From: Camelus ferus | Lineage: Eukaryota | Length of the DNA stretch: 64,000 nucleotides | Direction: 5' to 3' | Assembly: GCF_009834535.1 (NCBI RefSeq) | Contig: NC_045698.1 | Location: forward strand, 12,030,001-12,094,000 | Shown: positions 38,701-52,641 of the stretch, one piece after another | Numbering within the stretch: position 1 is the stretch's first letter | Layout: each line of letters begins with the position of its first letter | The notes under the pieces: model-generated | What the model was told of the DNA's origin: nothing | The model's input: the letters and a program-made list of their open reading frames with translations, nothing else | Database searches by the model: none | Position numbers and translations under genes: made by a program

Positions 38701-39200
38701 TCCTGAAAACAAAACCACACAAGAGAAAAGCGAGCTGCTCACTATTCACAACAGCCAAAAAGTGGAAACAATCTAAATGTCCATCAACTGATGACTAGAG
38801 AAGGAAAACTGTCGGATATCCAAATAATGGAATATTATTCAGCCATGAAAAGCAATGAAGTGCTGAAAGGTGCTACAACCAGATGCCCCTTGAAAACATC
38901 ACACCAAGTGAAAGAAGCCAGGCACAATAAGGCCACATATTGTATGGTTCCATTTGACTTATATGAAATATTCAGAGCAGGGAAAGCCCACAGAGACACA
39001 GAGCAGATTAGTGGCTGCCAGGAGCTGGGGGAGAGGAGCAGGGGAAGTGATTACGGGATTACAATTATGGGGTTTCCTTTTAGGGCTGATGAAACATCTG
39101 CAACTAGACAGTCGTGATGGCAGTACAACATTGTGAAGGGACTGAAAGTCACTCGTGGTAAATTTTACATGATGTGTATTTTTCTGCAATAAAAAAAAAA
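38701..39200 (+). mobile_element. L1MB-like 3' end
   Basis: acagccaaaaagtggaaacaatctaaatgtccatcaactgatga...ggaatattattcagccatgaaaag...caataaaaaaaaaa. Confidence 0.8.
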
Positions 39201-39799
39201 TTTAAACAACAAGAACAAAAAAACAACCTCCTGCTTTTCCTGGTTCCTGTTTAATTTCTTTCCATTCATTCAACAGCAATATTTTCTGACATGTGGTCCC
39301 CACGGCCCACCTCCCTTTACTCAGTCTTCATCTCATCCTTAAGCACCTGAATTGATGTTTTTAATCCAAAAGCCCTCCTCTTCCTCCACATAAACAAAAG
39401 CATGGACAACTACTTAGAAAGGTCTCTACAAACATTTTAATGCCATACAGTGACTTTTCAGTGCTCCTAGAACACAGTTTACAGCCTCCTCCTTGAAACA
39501 CAGTCTGGCCGTGGCTTCCAAGTGCAGCATCTTCAGGACTCTGCTGGACCACCTTGACCTCGTGTTTCCTTTTCAAGCCCTCTTATTCCCCCCTTGCAGT
39601 GAAGCCTCCTCCCAGGCCACCCTGAGCTCCTCAACTCGCCCACCCTGCCCAGCCTCACTCTAAACCTCTTCGTTTCAGGACGCGGTTCTCTCACATACGG
39701 GGGTCAAACTGCATTTCCTTGGTGGATGGAGACGTGAGTTGGCAAACCCACCCTTGGCATTTTCAGACGAAGCTGGTTCCTTCTTCTCAGAAGGAACAC

Positions 39800-40242
39800 T
39801 ACATAAATTTCCTATTGCTGCTACGCGAATTATCAGATGAGTGGCTTAAGGCCACACAGATTTGTAGTCTTACGGTTCTGGTGATCAGAATCTAAAATGC
39901 ATCTTCGGGGCTGCATTCTTTTCAGAGGCTTTGCAGGAGGATCCGTTTCCTTGGCTCTTCCAACTTCTAGAGGCTGCCTGAGTTCCCTGACTGGAGGCCC
40001 CCAAGCTCCATCTTCAAAGTCAATGGCACCTTCTCTTCTCTCTGACCGCCTGCCTCCCTCCCATAAAGACCCTTGTGATCACACGGGCCCACCTGGACAA
40101 TCCAGGATCACCTCCCCACCTGAGAGATGCTTAACTTAACCACATCCGCAAAGTCCCCTTAGCCATGTTACGATCAGAATCGCAGGTCTGGGCGTTAGGA
40201 GGCAGACATCTTGGGGGGGGGGGGATTGTTCGGTCCACCACA
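39800..40242 (-). mobile_element. MaLR MLT1C/D-like LTR
   Basis: ttccaacttctagaggctgcc...aagacccttgtgatcacacgggcccacctggacaatccaggat...ccacatccgcaaagtccc. Confidence 0.8.
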
Positions 40243-40959
40243 CAAACACCCCAAGGTCCCGAGGACAGGCTTTGGCCGCCCTTTCTTTTGTACACATTTC
40301 TAACAAGCAGGGAGCTTTGTCCTCAATGTTTCACAGGTCAGTGGTTGATCTAGAAGCAAACAACTCACAAGCAGTCTTCTCTCCATGCAATCGCAAATTA
40401 AGCAATTTTCTGGGATTCAAGAACACTGTGGGAGGGAAAAACCCACGTGCTTCCATTCATTCCCAAGAGTGGAAAAAATTCCAAGTCAGAGGCCAGTGAG
40501 GGAAGACGACTTGAGAGAGCACAGAATGAAGAACATTCAGAAGATTTCTTAAGACACTGGGTAGAAATAATCAATAAAAGGTGATACACTCAAAACACTA
40601 CTGAGTTCTTAGAGGCCTCGAACATCAGTGTTTCTAAACTGAGAAGTAGAGGTGTCGGTCACTGTTTTGTGCCCTTTGTCTGTGAAATTCCTCCCCACCA
40701 GCCCGTGGGGTTATTCTCCTGTGATGTATCTTAGTCCTTGTTCATTTCTTCACCCCTCCTAGATTAAAATGTGTGTGTAACCAGGCATATCTGTGTACAG
40801 ATACAGATGTGACTTTAATTGGATCCTCTCATTGTAACTGGATTGATACTGATGTCTTTGCCCTGCTGAAATGTGCACGTACAAGAACACAAGTGCCAGG
40901 AGGCTGGGTTTCAATTCTGTAATTTTCAGCATCTCCAAACCGTTCACAGCCCAGCTCCC

Positions 40960-40980
40960 CCACGCCCTCTAGTGGCGGCC
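40960..40980 (-). promoter_or_regulatory. CTCF-binding motif
   Basis: Minus strand GCCACTAGAGGGCG (40963-40976) closely matches the CTCF core CCAC(C/T)AG(A/G)GGGCG. Confidence 0.6.
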
Positions 40981-41199
40981 AGCACTAGATAGAACACTGC
41001 CAGGCGTACAAGGAAATCATTCTAAAATTGCTGTCAGAGTCTAACATGGGTGCAGATTTTATAGACGTTTTCAAATACACAGTAATCTGCCTAAGAAAAC
41101 TATTCACTTGGTGTGTTAGGAATTTACTCGTTTTCTCTTTGTGATTTTTGTACTGTCCTACAGTAAACTCAGAAACTCACAGAAGCGATGGACAGTCTG

Positions 41200-41770
41200 G
41201 TAAAAAGCGCCCCAGAGTCCAATGAAAAGAGAGCATATAAACAAATTATGGTAGATGTACAAGATGGAATATTACACAGAAGCCGAAAAACCTGAATGAA
41301 CCACAGCTATACACAGCAACATGGATTAATCTTTCAAAAAAGATTTAGTATTTTAGGACACAAATTCTAGAAGATTACATAAATATGATGCCATTTTTTG
41401 TGTGTGCGGTAATTATTTTTATTGCCATTTCTTTTTTTTTTAACATGGCACCATTTTTATAGACCTCAAGAACTTTTTATTTAGGAATGCACATATATGT
41501 AATTTAAATATATATGTATATTTACACACATTTACATATATGTGTATATGCACAGATATATATTTTTTAAAGCAAAGGAACGAAGAGCACAGATATCAGG
41601 ACCACGCTCGCTTTTGGCCTGGGGAGGCAGCGCGAGAGGATGAGGAAGATCCAACAGCATCAGTCCTGGTTGCAGGAAAGGTTGATGTGTATTTATTTTA
41701 TTATAGTATCTACAACTTATGTGTATGTTACATACATTCTTCAATATATCAGATATGATCATTGAAAGAT
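41200..41770 (+). mobile_element. Ancient L1 (L1ME-like) relic
   Basis: aaacaaattatggtagatgtacaagatggaatatt...aatgaaccacagctatacacagcaacatggattaatct. Confidence 0.55.
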
Positions 41771-42834
41771 AAATGAGGAATATGTGTGCGTAGGTAGGTT
41801 GCTAGATTGATAGGGGACAGATGGACAGCTGATAGCTGGAAAGACAGACAGACAAGACAGACCGACAGAACCCAGGAGTGAGGTATTCACAGTGTCTTCT
41901 CAGGTTCATTCTTGTTTGAATTGTCCAAAAACTATAGCTTGGGGCAAAAGGATCGAGATCTAAACCTTACTCTGGATGATACAAAGAGTTTCCAAAGCTT
42001 ACTTAAATAAGCTTTCTTGGGGTGTACCCACATCAGAACCCTAGGCCCTTCACCTGCTGCCGAGCCTCAGAAAGGAAGGATTTAAGAACTTGTATCCCAC
42101 CCCTCGAACATCACTTGACCTTGGAAATGCATTATTTTAACTGATTACTTAAAAATACATTAATAATTTTCCTTCACCCCAATCTTACAAGGCTCAGTAT
42201 CAAGCGACTCTTGGGCTGGTCGGGGCTCCCTTGTAATGTCTCTGACCAGTTCCTGAGGCTCCCGCCTCTCTTTTGAGCCCCGCTGCTTCTCTGGTCTTGG
42301 GCCCTGACCTGTTTCCAAAGCCTCGGCCGGGCTGGTCTCCTCGTAACCAGAGCCCCATTTCTGGCCAGCAGCCCAGGAGCCAGAGCCCTGGCCCTTACGT
42401 GGACTGAACACCTGCCGCAGTGTGTCACCTCCCACACCACAGTCACAGGCCTCAGCCCACCTGGTGGGACTCTTTCCCCTTCACTGAGTATCTCTTGTCT
42501 CTCTTCATGTTAAAGCCCACTCATGCTTATTATAGACAAACATGCAATAAGGATTAAAACAATCCAGTAAACAAAAGCCACCGAATTCCCCTCACAGAAC
42601 TCCCAGGCATGTACCAACATACAACTGTGATGTACGATGCCTTACACCTCCCCGCACCTACTTTAAATCCACAATTTTTGTGTACAATTAGCAGTAAAGG
42701 ATACATTTTCATACCCTTAAACATTCTCTTACCCCACAGTCTTAATTAGCTACATAATGTCCATTATTCCAGTCACTACAGTTGCATTAAAAAAAAAAAA
42801 CTTATTGGTATAAAACAAAAATCACCCTCATCTA

Positions 42835-43215
42835 GAACTCCTGCCTCAGGGCCTTTGCACTTGCTATTTCCTCTGCCTAAAAGCTCTGCATCCAGACACG
42901 ATTCACCATCTCACCTCCTTCAAGTCTTTGCTCAAAAACGCTTCTTCACTCGGGTCTTTCCTGAGCCCTTTATTACATCCTGACCCTCCCCGCCCACCCT
43001 CACACCCTCTGATGCCCTCTCCTGTTTAGTTTCCCTTACACATGGTTCACCATCTAACATTAGGTATTGTAGTCATTTATTTTCTGGCTCGCTCACTAGA
43101 ATGTGACCTCCACGAGGACCAAGTTGCTTGTGTGTTGTTGCTTTTTTTTTCTTCCATAAATGCCCAGAAATACTGGCAATAAAGGCATTCAATAAATATT
43201 TGTTGAAAGGATGAC
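42835..43215 (+). mobile_element. L2a 3' end
   Basis: cctgcctcagggcctttgcacttgctatttcctctgcct...ggcattcaataaatatttgttgaa. Confidence 0.8.
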
Positions 43216-44241
43216 TCAACAAATACAGATATAATTTTACAAAAAGACTGGAAAAGGTAAACAAAACTGAAAGCGAGTTTAATTTCTAGGTGATGGGTTT
43301 ACAAGAGATTTGAGTTTTCTTCTCTATAATTAGTTTCCTAGGTGAGCATGTATTACTTTTAAAATTAGGGGAAAAAGTTATGTTTCAAATGCCACTAGGC
43401 AAATAAGACTATAAATAATGTTTGGGAGCAATAAAGAGAGAGAGAGAGAGCGACAAAGAAAAAGAGAGACAAACAGAGAGACAGAAATCTTCAACTACCT
43501 GTGAAGTCTTAATTTATCATCAAACAATCACAACATAGGCCAGGGCAAGTTAAGAGGAACGTCCAGTTACTAGTAATTCTTCTTTCTCTGGTCATTTGAA
43601 TTTATTGAAGCAAGAATGCTATTAGGTAACACCTAATTAATCTAGCTTAATTATTTTATATATTTACAAGTGAACTAGATTTTCAAATTCTTAATAATGC
43701 AAGATCCAGTGCTTCATTAAATCTAAAAAGCCAGGAGGCTGAGAGAATCTGAAAACATGGGTTAAAATGATCAGAGGTGGAATTTTCGTTTCTTAGTAAG
43801 TGGCTGCAGGCACCCATGGCGTTGCTACAGGAAAGGGCAACGTACACACACTTTTAATTATGCAACGACGAAGCAGCTCTAAAATAACGGGGGAGAAGAA
43901 GGTGATTGAACTCATGTTAAATCAGATTATGGAATTACATCAACTTAAAGGAATGTCCAAAATTATCAACAATAAAAATTACAAATACAATATTGGGTGC
44001 TTTGCACTTAGGAGCCTTGAGTATTAAGTCATTTAGGGTCACCTAAGGGCTGCTGCTGCCAGACTCACGAAGAGCCTGACCTAAGGTTTTCTGGCCACGT
44101 TCTGACTTGATAAATCTGCTCGAATACAAGGAGAACATGTTACACGTGAAAGGTACACACAGCCAGGAACTAGCAATTTATTTACCACCCTGTCAATGAA
44201 GCCAGTGGGCTATGAAAAGTACTTCCTGTTTCATTTTATTT

Positions 44242-44420
44242 ATTTTATTGAGGTATAGCTGCTGTGCAATATTATATAAGTTATAGGTGTATAACGTAGT
44301 GATTCACAATTTTTAAAGGTTATACTCCATTTATAGCTGTTACAAAACATTGGCTATATTCCCTGTCTTGCACAGTATATCCCTGTAGCTTATTCGTTTT
44401 ATACATAATAGTTCGTACCA
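44242..44420 (-). mobile_element. 5'-truncated L1 3' end
   Basis: ttattgaggtatagctg...gtgattcacaatttttaaaggttatactcc; 17-bp TSD CCT(G/A)TTTCATTTTATTT at 44225-44241 and 44421-44437. Confidence 0.8.
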
Positions 44421-46844
44421 CCTATTTCATTTTATTTTTAAAGCTTCAAGAAATCTATCAGTTGCTGTTGTGAAGTTGCATGTCAGTTTCAGGGAGGGCT
44501 TTTAGCTTGACTCCTGAGAGAAGAGAACAGTCTTTAAATGCCTAGCAGGAAGTATTTTTGAAAATTCAGTTTTTTTCCCATAGGGACACCGATGGGGAAG
44601 AAGTAAGAAGCAGAACTATCCCTCTCGTTGTCCTCAAACAGCTTTCAAAACTGCTTGTAGTCCTTTGTTGCATACTTGTCTTCAACTGGTCTGATTTTCA
44701 AAGAACGGCTTTAAGAAATGAACACAACAGATTGGAATCCGGATGAAGAACTTTGAGAAACTTGCGGACCACATCTCGGCAGCTCTGGCTAAGAGCTCAC
44801 CATCTCTCAGTGGCTGAATTGGGTCCTGTTCTTCCAGAGAGAGAGGAATAAAAGGGCTTTGACTCGCCACTGTGCAGTATATGACTACAGCACTGTGCTC
44901 AGTTATTATTTTTGAAAAAAGGAATAAATGGCCTATTCGGATTTCTATGCTGGCAGATAGAGACTTTCACAGGGCTGCTTGGCCTCCAGGCAGGCGTGGA
45001 CATCCTCAGCCCAAGGCTCACCCAAGCTCAGATACACACGTAAGCTAAAATCCAGCATATTCCGAATTTAAGTGAATATTTTTTTCCCTAGGAAAATAAT
45101 TTGTTCATTGAATCCAATCAAATGTATCCTTCATACCACAACTTTCTTTTAAAACTCATGGCAATGTGCCCCACCCCAACTACAATTCTGGCCCAAATTC
45201 AACTAAAAAATACAGCTTCCAAATAGATTGCCTTAATAGAAAGGTGACAAAATACAAGTTACAAGGTAATTTTTAGACACTTTTGAAAACACTAAAACTG
45301 TAAAATCTAGTAGTTTCAATGCATGAGTCAGAATTGTTGCTGTGCTTAATATTAACAGCAAAGAAGGAAAGAAAACTTCTTAAGCTACCAAGTGACTATT
45401 TTATGCTTCTTACTTGGTAATTCATCCTGTCTGTAAAATTTTGATAAGTATGATGATTCATAAATATAGAAAATGCAGTTTTCACACTAAATTCTATTCC
45501 TCAGAGGAGACAACTTAGCAAATGCTAGATGACTTTTCACTTTTAACAGAGGCATAATGTTGTGCTCAAGGATTTAATTAATTAGACAGCTCTTACTTAA
45601 CAAATGAGCCAATTTGTTCTGGGCCTGTGAGCTGGGGCACGCTCAGGGCTTGGGTTTACAACCAACAATTCTTGGCTCCTTTTCTCCGGGGGAGAAAAAG
45701 GGAACCAGCTAGAACGCTTTGACTGGCAGTTATCTGGAAGTTAGTAAGACAAAAGTGCATTTCATCTCACGAAGAAGTTGGGCCACAGAATGCCTCTCCT
45801 GAGGACAGGAGAGAGAGGGAGAGAGAGCGCTCAGAGTAGGAGGCCTGGGGTTTTACTAAACTGGAGGCAAAAAGCCCGCAGCTCTCGCTAATCCCTGCCG
45901 GCTCTAGAAAGACTGCCTCTGCTAATTCTCTGCCGTGCTCCTCAAGGCAGCTCAAGGTGAGGCAAAGTAGATCCGATGCGCCAGTCACATCCTTGGAAAG
46001 CCACGCCCCACCTCTGTGAAGGCCACCTGGCCGAGGCACCGGGACTCCTACTAAAACATCCCAGAGCTCTCTTAATCCTCAAAATCTTTGCTGTTTTGTA
46101 TTTTCTGTAAATTGACACTGAACACTAAAACAAGATTTATGATGCGAGCAGCTCCTTAATCTGAGTTACAATGTACAAAACTACTAAAGAACTAGGGAAA
46201 GACACTTGGAATGACTGGTACACGTGTAAGTAAAGTATTTCTTTCTAATTTATACCTATTTAGAAAAACAGGCCAAACTGAAGCCAATTTTATGTTTTTA
46301 AAGTACAATGTGCACAGTTTCTCCTTTGTTAACGGAGGGTTTCATTCAGTCAGCTGCCAGTCACATGAGAAATCAGAGCCATGATGATACGACAGATCAC
46401 GTTCCACCCTGATTCGAGGAAGGGGTCAGAGAAGATGTTAATTTGGTTCGGCTGACAGACTGCTGTATAAATCCTGTTCAGATTGCAGTCAGTGCTTACT
46501 GTTTATTAAAGAAAAAGGTCCAGCACAAGCCCTTCTCAGGACTTACCCACTGAGAATCACATTTGCACAAAATGAACTTTCCAGGTGCAAAAATTGACAT
46601 GTGAATGGCATCTGATTAAAATTATCCAATTTTTATTGCTGATGACAGCAGAAATTCGATGCTGGCTTTACTGTCATTTGCTAGTTAGCATGTTAAACAT
46701 TTACAAGTCCCTTTAGCATACATAGGCACCGCCATCTTCATGCTGAATTTTGGAGGAAATACTTTAAGCTTCGCTGAGAAAAGTAAATTTTCCCAGAGTC
46801 TATGAAATAAGCCATTAGGACTGTAGGAAGGAAAAGAATTCCTC

Positions 46845-47604
46845 TTCTTTTCTGGTTTTATGGAGATATAATTGACATATAACATTGTATAAGTTTAAGG
46901 TGTCCAATAGGATGATCTGATAGACGTACATATTGCAAAATGATTATCACAATGGGTAATTAACTGGTCCTTCACCTAATCACCATTTTGGTGTGGTGGT
47001 GGCGAGAACATCTAAGGTCTGCTGTCTTAGCAACTTGCAAGCAAACAATACAATACTGTTAGCCACAGACCCCAGGCTGTACATTAGATCCCCAGGACCC
47101 ACCACCCTTATAACTGGAGGCTTGAGCCCTTTAACCAGCATCTCCTCATTTCCCTCATTCCCCAGTCTCTGGCGATACCAATCTACTCTGTTTTTTTGTG
47201 AGCAACTTTTTTAGATTCCACATATAAATGAGATCACACAGTATTTGTCTTTCTGCGTCTGACTTATTTCACTTAGGATAACATCCTCCACGTTCATCCA
47301 CGTTGTCACAAACGGCAGAATTTCCTTCTTTTTTAACGGCTGAATAATATTCCAGTGTGTACAACGTTATCAACTCTACCAGGTCATCCATGAGTGGCTG
47401 CTGTGAGCAGTGCTGCGAGGAATGTGGCAGGCGCGGACATCTCTTCAGGACAGCAATTCCATTCCCTTCAGAGCTACATCCAGGAGTGGAATTACTGGAC
47501 CATACGAACATTTTATTTTTAATTTTTTGAGCAACCTCTATACTGTTTTCCATAGCGGCTGCACCAATTTACATTCCTACCCACAGTGCACAAGGGTTCC
47601 CTTC
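46845..47604 (-). mobile_element. L1MA-like 3' region
   Basis: ggagatataattgacatataacattgtataagtttaaggtg...tgacttatttcacttag...ggctgcaccaatttacattcctacccacagtgcacaagggttccc. Confidence 0.85.
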
Positions 47605-50600
47605 GCAAAGAGCTGTTTTTTCATGTAAAAGCTCTACAATGACATTATGAAGGTATTAATGGTCCAATATTTCATCCACCTTTTGCACAGTGAACTTAAT
47701 GGCCGTTAAAGAAGCCCCACGGAGAGAAGGCCTGGTTCATTCTGAGGCTGAGCACAAACTACTAGCGCAATGGTGAGAACAGGAAAAAGTGACCCTGGCT
47801 GACAGACCTGTGACTCCCAGCTCTACAGGCTGTGATGGGGGGCGAGGGGAGGAGGGGAAATGTTGATTTCTAAGTACCACCAAGTGACAGCGAGGTTTCT
47901 GAGCTAGGCGCCTCAGACCTCGGAAGTGAAGAGACCCTAACCCCACCTGCCTCATGTGAACAAAACAGCGTCCCTTTCTGCCTGCAAAGATCCTCCTATC
48001 CATCACTGTATTTTATTCTCAAAATAAAATGGTTTGGAATTTTTCCATGTTAAAAACACAAGCACTAGCCAGTAGCAGACGCCAAGAATCACTGTAAACA
48101 ACATACCAAATCATCATCAAATAAATAAATACATACTTTAATTTCACATCTCCAATGTGATGAATAGAGACTGGAATGAAATTACATAATGGGAACTGCA
48201 GTGAAAAAATGTGGGATAGTTTCTCTTCCAGCGTGGATTAAGTCACCTTGAAGAGGAACTGGCCAAACAGAAAGGTGAAAGGGTAGCAAATACGAAAAGA
48301 ACAATAATCCCCCTCAAATCACATCAGTTTTCAGGGTTGGAAGGGATATTCGAGATGATTCTCTCTCTTCCCTCCTCACTCTGCACATAAGAAAAACTGA
48401 GGCCGAGGGGGGAATGAATCTGGCACGATCACTAGTTGCAGGGTTGGGACCAGGATGGAAAATTAGTTGCATCTGAATATCCATCTAGGTGATTCGAAAG
48501 TGAAGGAGGCCCCTCCTAAAAAGAAGCTATTTCCATGATCCTGGCTTCTCTGGGGACACCTGGGCGCCTTCCCAAAGGTGTGGAACAGTATCAATCTAAA
48601 AAAACAGCCGCATAATAAGAAGCTACTCACTTCCTGACCAAACCGAACGTTGGCAAAGTGAGAGCCTTGGTCCTGCGATGCTCACTCACAGCTAATACTT
48701 TTTCTTTCTCCAAACCTTTATCAAATATTCCAACAGTTTCTATGTTAAGAGAAAGTGCACAGTGGAAATTCTCCCAGGCAATTTGTCGCCACTTCAGAAG
48801 GGCTGTGGACGGCAAGGGGTCTGGGAGAGAAGGGGCAGTGACTTGAAGGGCGAATTGAGTGTCAGTAAATTGGAAAGAATACTGCGGCAAAGAGCTTCCA
48901 GAATTCCTGCGAAGTCATACTAGCTCATTTGGTCAAATCTTCCCCCAACCAGGATGAGGGAGCAAGCTCAGTTTCTTCACCTGACCAATGGGGAGGCTTA
49001 AAACACTTATCCAAGGAGGCCCAGTGTGTCTGCAGGGGCAGGACGGCCGTGCCTCCAGGCCGGGGGCAGGTCTGTGCCCAGAGGATCAGTTTCCCTCTTA
49101 CAGCCAATGTTTCCCTCTGCTGAGTCTCTTAGCAAGTTTACATTCTGCCCATGAAAATCTGGGCTCCAAAATGAGGGAAAACGCCAGCCGAAGTAAACTG
49201 GTCATAAATTTAGCCTTTACACCTGAAAGAAGCATTATTTCCACGAGCGCTGGTTTCAAGGGTACATTAGATAAAATATCAGGTTACAGTTTTTTTCAGG
49301 GATGTTTAAAGGCATTCCTTTGTCTCCTTTTTGAGCCTTCACCGCATGCTGTCCACCTGGAGGTAAGTCAAGCACCTAACCAGCCCTCTTTAAGTCGGAC
49401 AAGGAAATTTTTAAGGCAGAATTTAAACAAATAAATCACTATGAAAATTCACTTTACTGAAATAGTCGTCCTTATGTTTTCTTCACTTTCCTGCTTCTCA
49501 TGTGCACAGCTGGTGATGTGAAGTGTGGTCCTCACATCAACCGCCCCAGCTCTGTTCCCTTCCGGGGAGGGGGGACAGCAGCGTTACTTCGGATGGGGGA
49601 CGGTAGAGAAGAAGGGAACTAATTTGCTCCTGGTGGGCGAGGAGCCCAGAGGCCGGCGGACATTCGCTGCCCCCTCACACCTGGGAGCCTCCCAGTGCCT
49701 CCCTGTGTCTCCCCCACCCCAGAGCCTTCTGAACTGGCAGCCTGGCTCACCTTCAGGAACGTTCCAGCAGAGTTCCGTGACTCGGTGTTGTCCCATTCTC
49801 CCCTGGCTTACAGCAGTGTTGCTCACACCCCAAAATAAAGTCTGGAGGGAGGTCTCCCCTGAAATCACCCCCACCCTTCCTCCCAGTCCGCACCCATCAC
49901 GGGCCCAACGTAACATCAAGACACGAACTATTTCCCAGAGCAAGTCCCAATTTTACCCTCGTCCTCAGTTAGGCTGTATTTGCCTTTATTTTCCCACCCT
50001 TATAAACCACTGTTGTAAATCTTTTCACTAAAATATTATTTCAGGGATGCAGCTTGGTGGCGTGGTCACCTCCCCCACCCCGCTCACAGTAAGGCTGAAA
50101 GAAAGTTCCCTACCTTTCACTGAGGCTCCTCCACAGCTGTGCACCTGCCGCAGGGGAAGTAAAAACGAAACATTAATGGTGGCATCTTCCTCTTGAGGCA
50201 TTTCTCAACTTGTTCATTTAAAATGGCATGCTTAGATCTTTAGACTCCAGAAACCATCGAATCATACAGTGTTTACCTCTGGTCCATAACTCATTCAGGC
50301 AAACTGTCCAAAAACGTCCATCGAGATTCTGCTATACGCAAAACCCTTGGACAGGTACCACGGGAGACGGAGCATGACAGGACACGGGGTCCTGCCTCCG
50401 GGACTGCACTGAGCAGCGGGGCAGGCAGAACCTGCACCCAAGTAAATACGAACCACGGCAGGTGGTGTTGGAACTCTACAGGGAACATACGCCATGAGAA
50501 TTCTGGGAGGAGAGAACATGTGGCTGGTCAAGAAAGCACCAATCATACAGGTGGTATGTAAGGTGAGCTTTGACATGGTTCCCACCAGAGGGGAATGGAA

Positions 50601-50629
50601 ACAACTGTTACTGGAGAAAGGAGATTTTT

Positions 50630-51309
50630 TTCCATTTTTAAAAAAATGTAAGGTGTACAGTGAAGTCATTCAGTTATACATATATACATATATATATATA
50701 TATTCTTTTTCAGATTCTTTTCCATTATAGGTTATTACAGGATATTGAATATAGTTCCCTGTGCTATACAGTAGGACTTTGTTATCTTTTATATATATAG
50801 CAGTGTATATCTGTTAATCTCAAACTCCTAATTTATCCCTCCCTGCCTTTCCCCTTTGGTAACCATAAATTTGTTTTCTATGCCTTTAGGTCTATTTCTG
50901 TTCTATAAATAAGTTCATTTGTATCACTTTTTTAGATTCCACATATAAGTGATATCATATGATATTTGCCTTTCTCTGTCTGACTTACTTTATTTCGTAT
51001 GATCATCTCTAGGTCCATCCATGTTGCTGCACATGGCATTATTTCATTCTTTTTTATGGTTGAGTACTATTCCACTGTATAAATATACGTCTTCTTTATC
51101 TATTCATCTGTTGATGGACATTTAGGTTGCTTCCACATCTTGACTACTGTAAACAGTACTGCTATGAACATTGGGTACATATATCTTTCAAATTAAGAGT
51201 TTTCATCCTTTCCAGATATATGCCCAGGAGTGGGATTGCTGGATCATATAGTAACTCTATTTTTAGTTTTTTAAGGACTCTCCATATTGTTTTCCATAGT
51301 GGCTACATC
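50630..51309 (-). mobile_element. Younger 5'-truncated L1 3' end
   Basis: ttcagattcttttccattataggttattac...cccaggagtgggattgctggatcatat; perfect 12-bp TSD AAGGAGATTTTT at 50618-50629 and 51310-51321. Confidence 0.9.
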
Positions 51310-52065
51310 AAGGAGATTTTTATCTATTAATTCGTGAGGTGTTCTGAACTTATATCTAGGCTCAAATGAAATCAACATTTTATATATATATAAGATACAC
51401 AGCTATATCTCATTTGCTTTCTTACTTCTCCAATGTTCATTGGACTATGTCATGATATTATACTCCCAGCACCTACCAGCTTTAATGAAGTTCAATAAAA
51501 GAAATGGCCACAGGGTGGCTTCTGCTTCTTCTAACAAACAAATGCCGAAGATGCTATCCCTTTTGTTCTTCAGTATCCCCTATCAAAGATCTATGTGATA
51601 AATTCTTAAAATTTAGCCCCAGGAAAAAGTTTCTCAAAATTGCTTGCATCCTTTCATCAGATTATTAGAATCGTGCAGTTGATCTGGTTTCCCTTTTTGC
51701 CTTGGCTGCCAGTAAGTCCAGGGATAAATCTGTTGTTCACTTAGTCATCATGTTAAACTTTCCTGTTCTTCTACTAGACCTTTTAAAAAGCTTCATTTTT
51801 TTATGTTCTTTATAAGACTGTCTCAAATATTTTGGAGTTAAGTGGTATATCGAAACAAAGCAAATAAACAACTTGAAGAATCTAAGGAATTATGAGCACT
51901 AGTAACATGTCAACTAAAGTTGGAAAGTTGGATAGACTGAATTTTAGCAGCAACAACTCATCATCATGTGATGTGTCTCTGGTAACACTGAAGCTGACAG
52001 TGGAGAGAGGAAATAACAGAATGGGGTGTTTGCTTATTCATTTTGTCATTAAAGTTGGAAAAATG

Positions 52066-52641
52066 ATACAATAGCCAAGATATGGAAGCAACCTAAATGT
52101 CCATCTATAAATGAATAAAGGAGATGTGGTGTCTGTGTGCGCACACACACACACACACACACATACACACACACACACTGGAATATTACTCAACCATAAA
52201 AAAGAAAGAAATCTTGCCATTTGCAGCAACACGGACATACTTGACGGTATTATGCCAAGTGAAGTAAGTCAGACAGAAAAATAAATACCATATGATTTCA
52301 CTTATATGTGGAATCTAAAAGGCAAAACAAATGAGCAAACAAAACAAAAGAGAAACAGATTCATAGATACAGAGAACAACCTGATGGTTGCCAGACAGGA
52401 GAGGGGGTCGAGGGGCGGACAAAATAGGTGAAGGGGATTAAGAGGTAAAGACTTCCAGCTATAAGATAAATAAGCCATGGGGATATAATGTCCACATAGA
52501 GAAAATAATATTGTAACAACTTTGTGTGCTGATGGCTGGTAACTGGTCTTCTGTGATCATTTCACAAGGTACAGAATTTTGAGTCACTATGTTGTTGACC
52601 TGAGACTTACATAATATTGTGTGTTTATTATAATAAAAAAC
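52066..52641 (+). mobile_element. L1MA-like 3' region with internal (CA)n
   Basis: caatagccaagatatggaagcaacctaaatgtcc...cacttatatgtggaatctaaaa...gattaagaggtaaagacttccag. Confidence 0.85.
52142..52178 (+). repeat. (CA)n microsatellite with one TA interruption
   Basis: Read directly. Confidence 0.9.
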
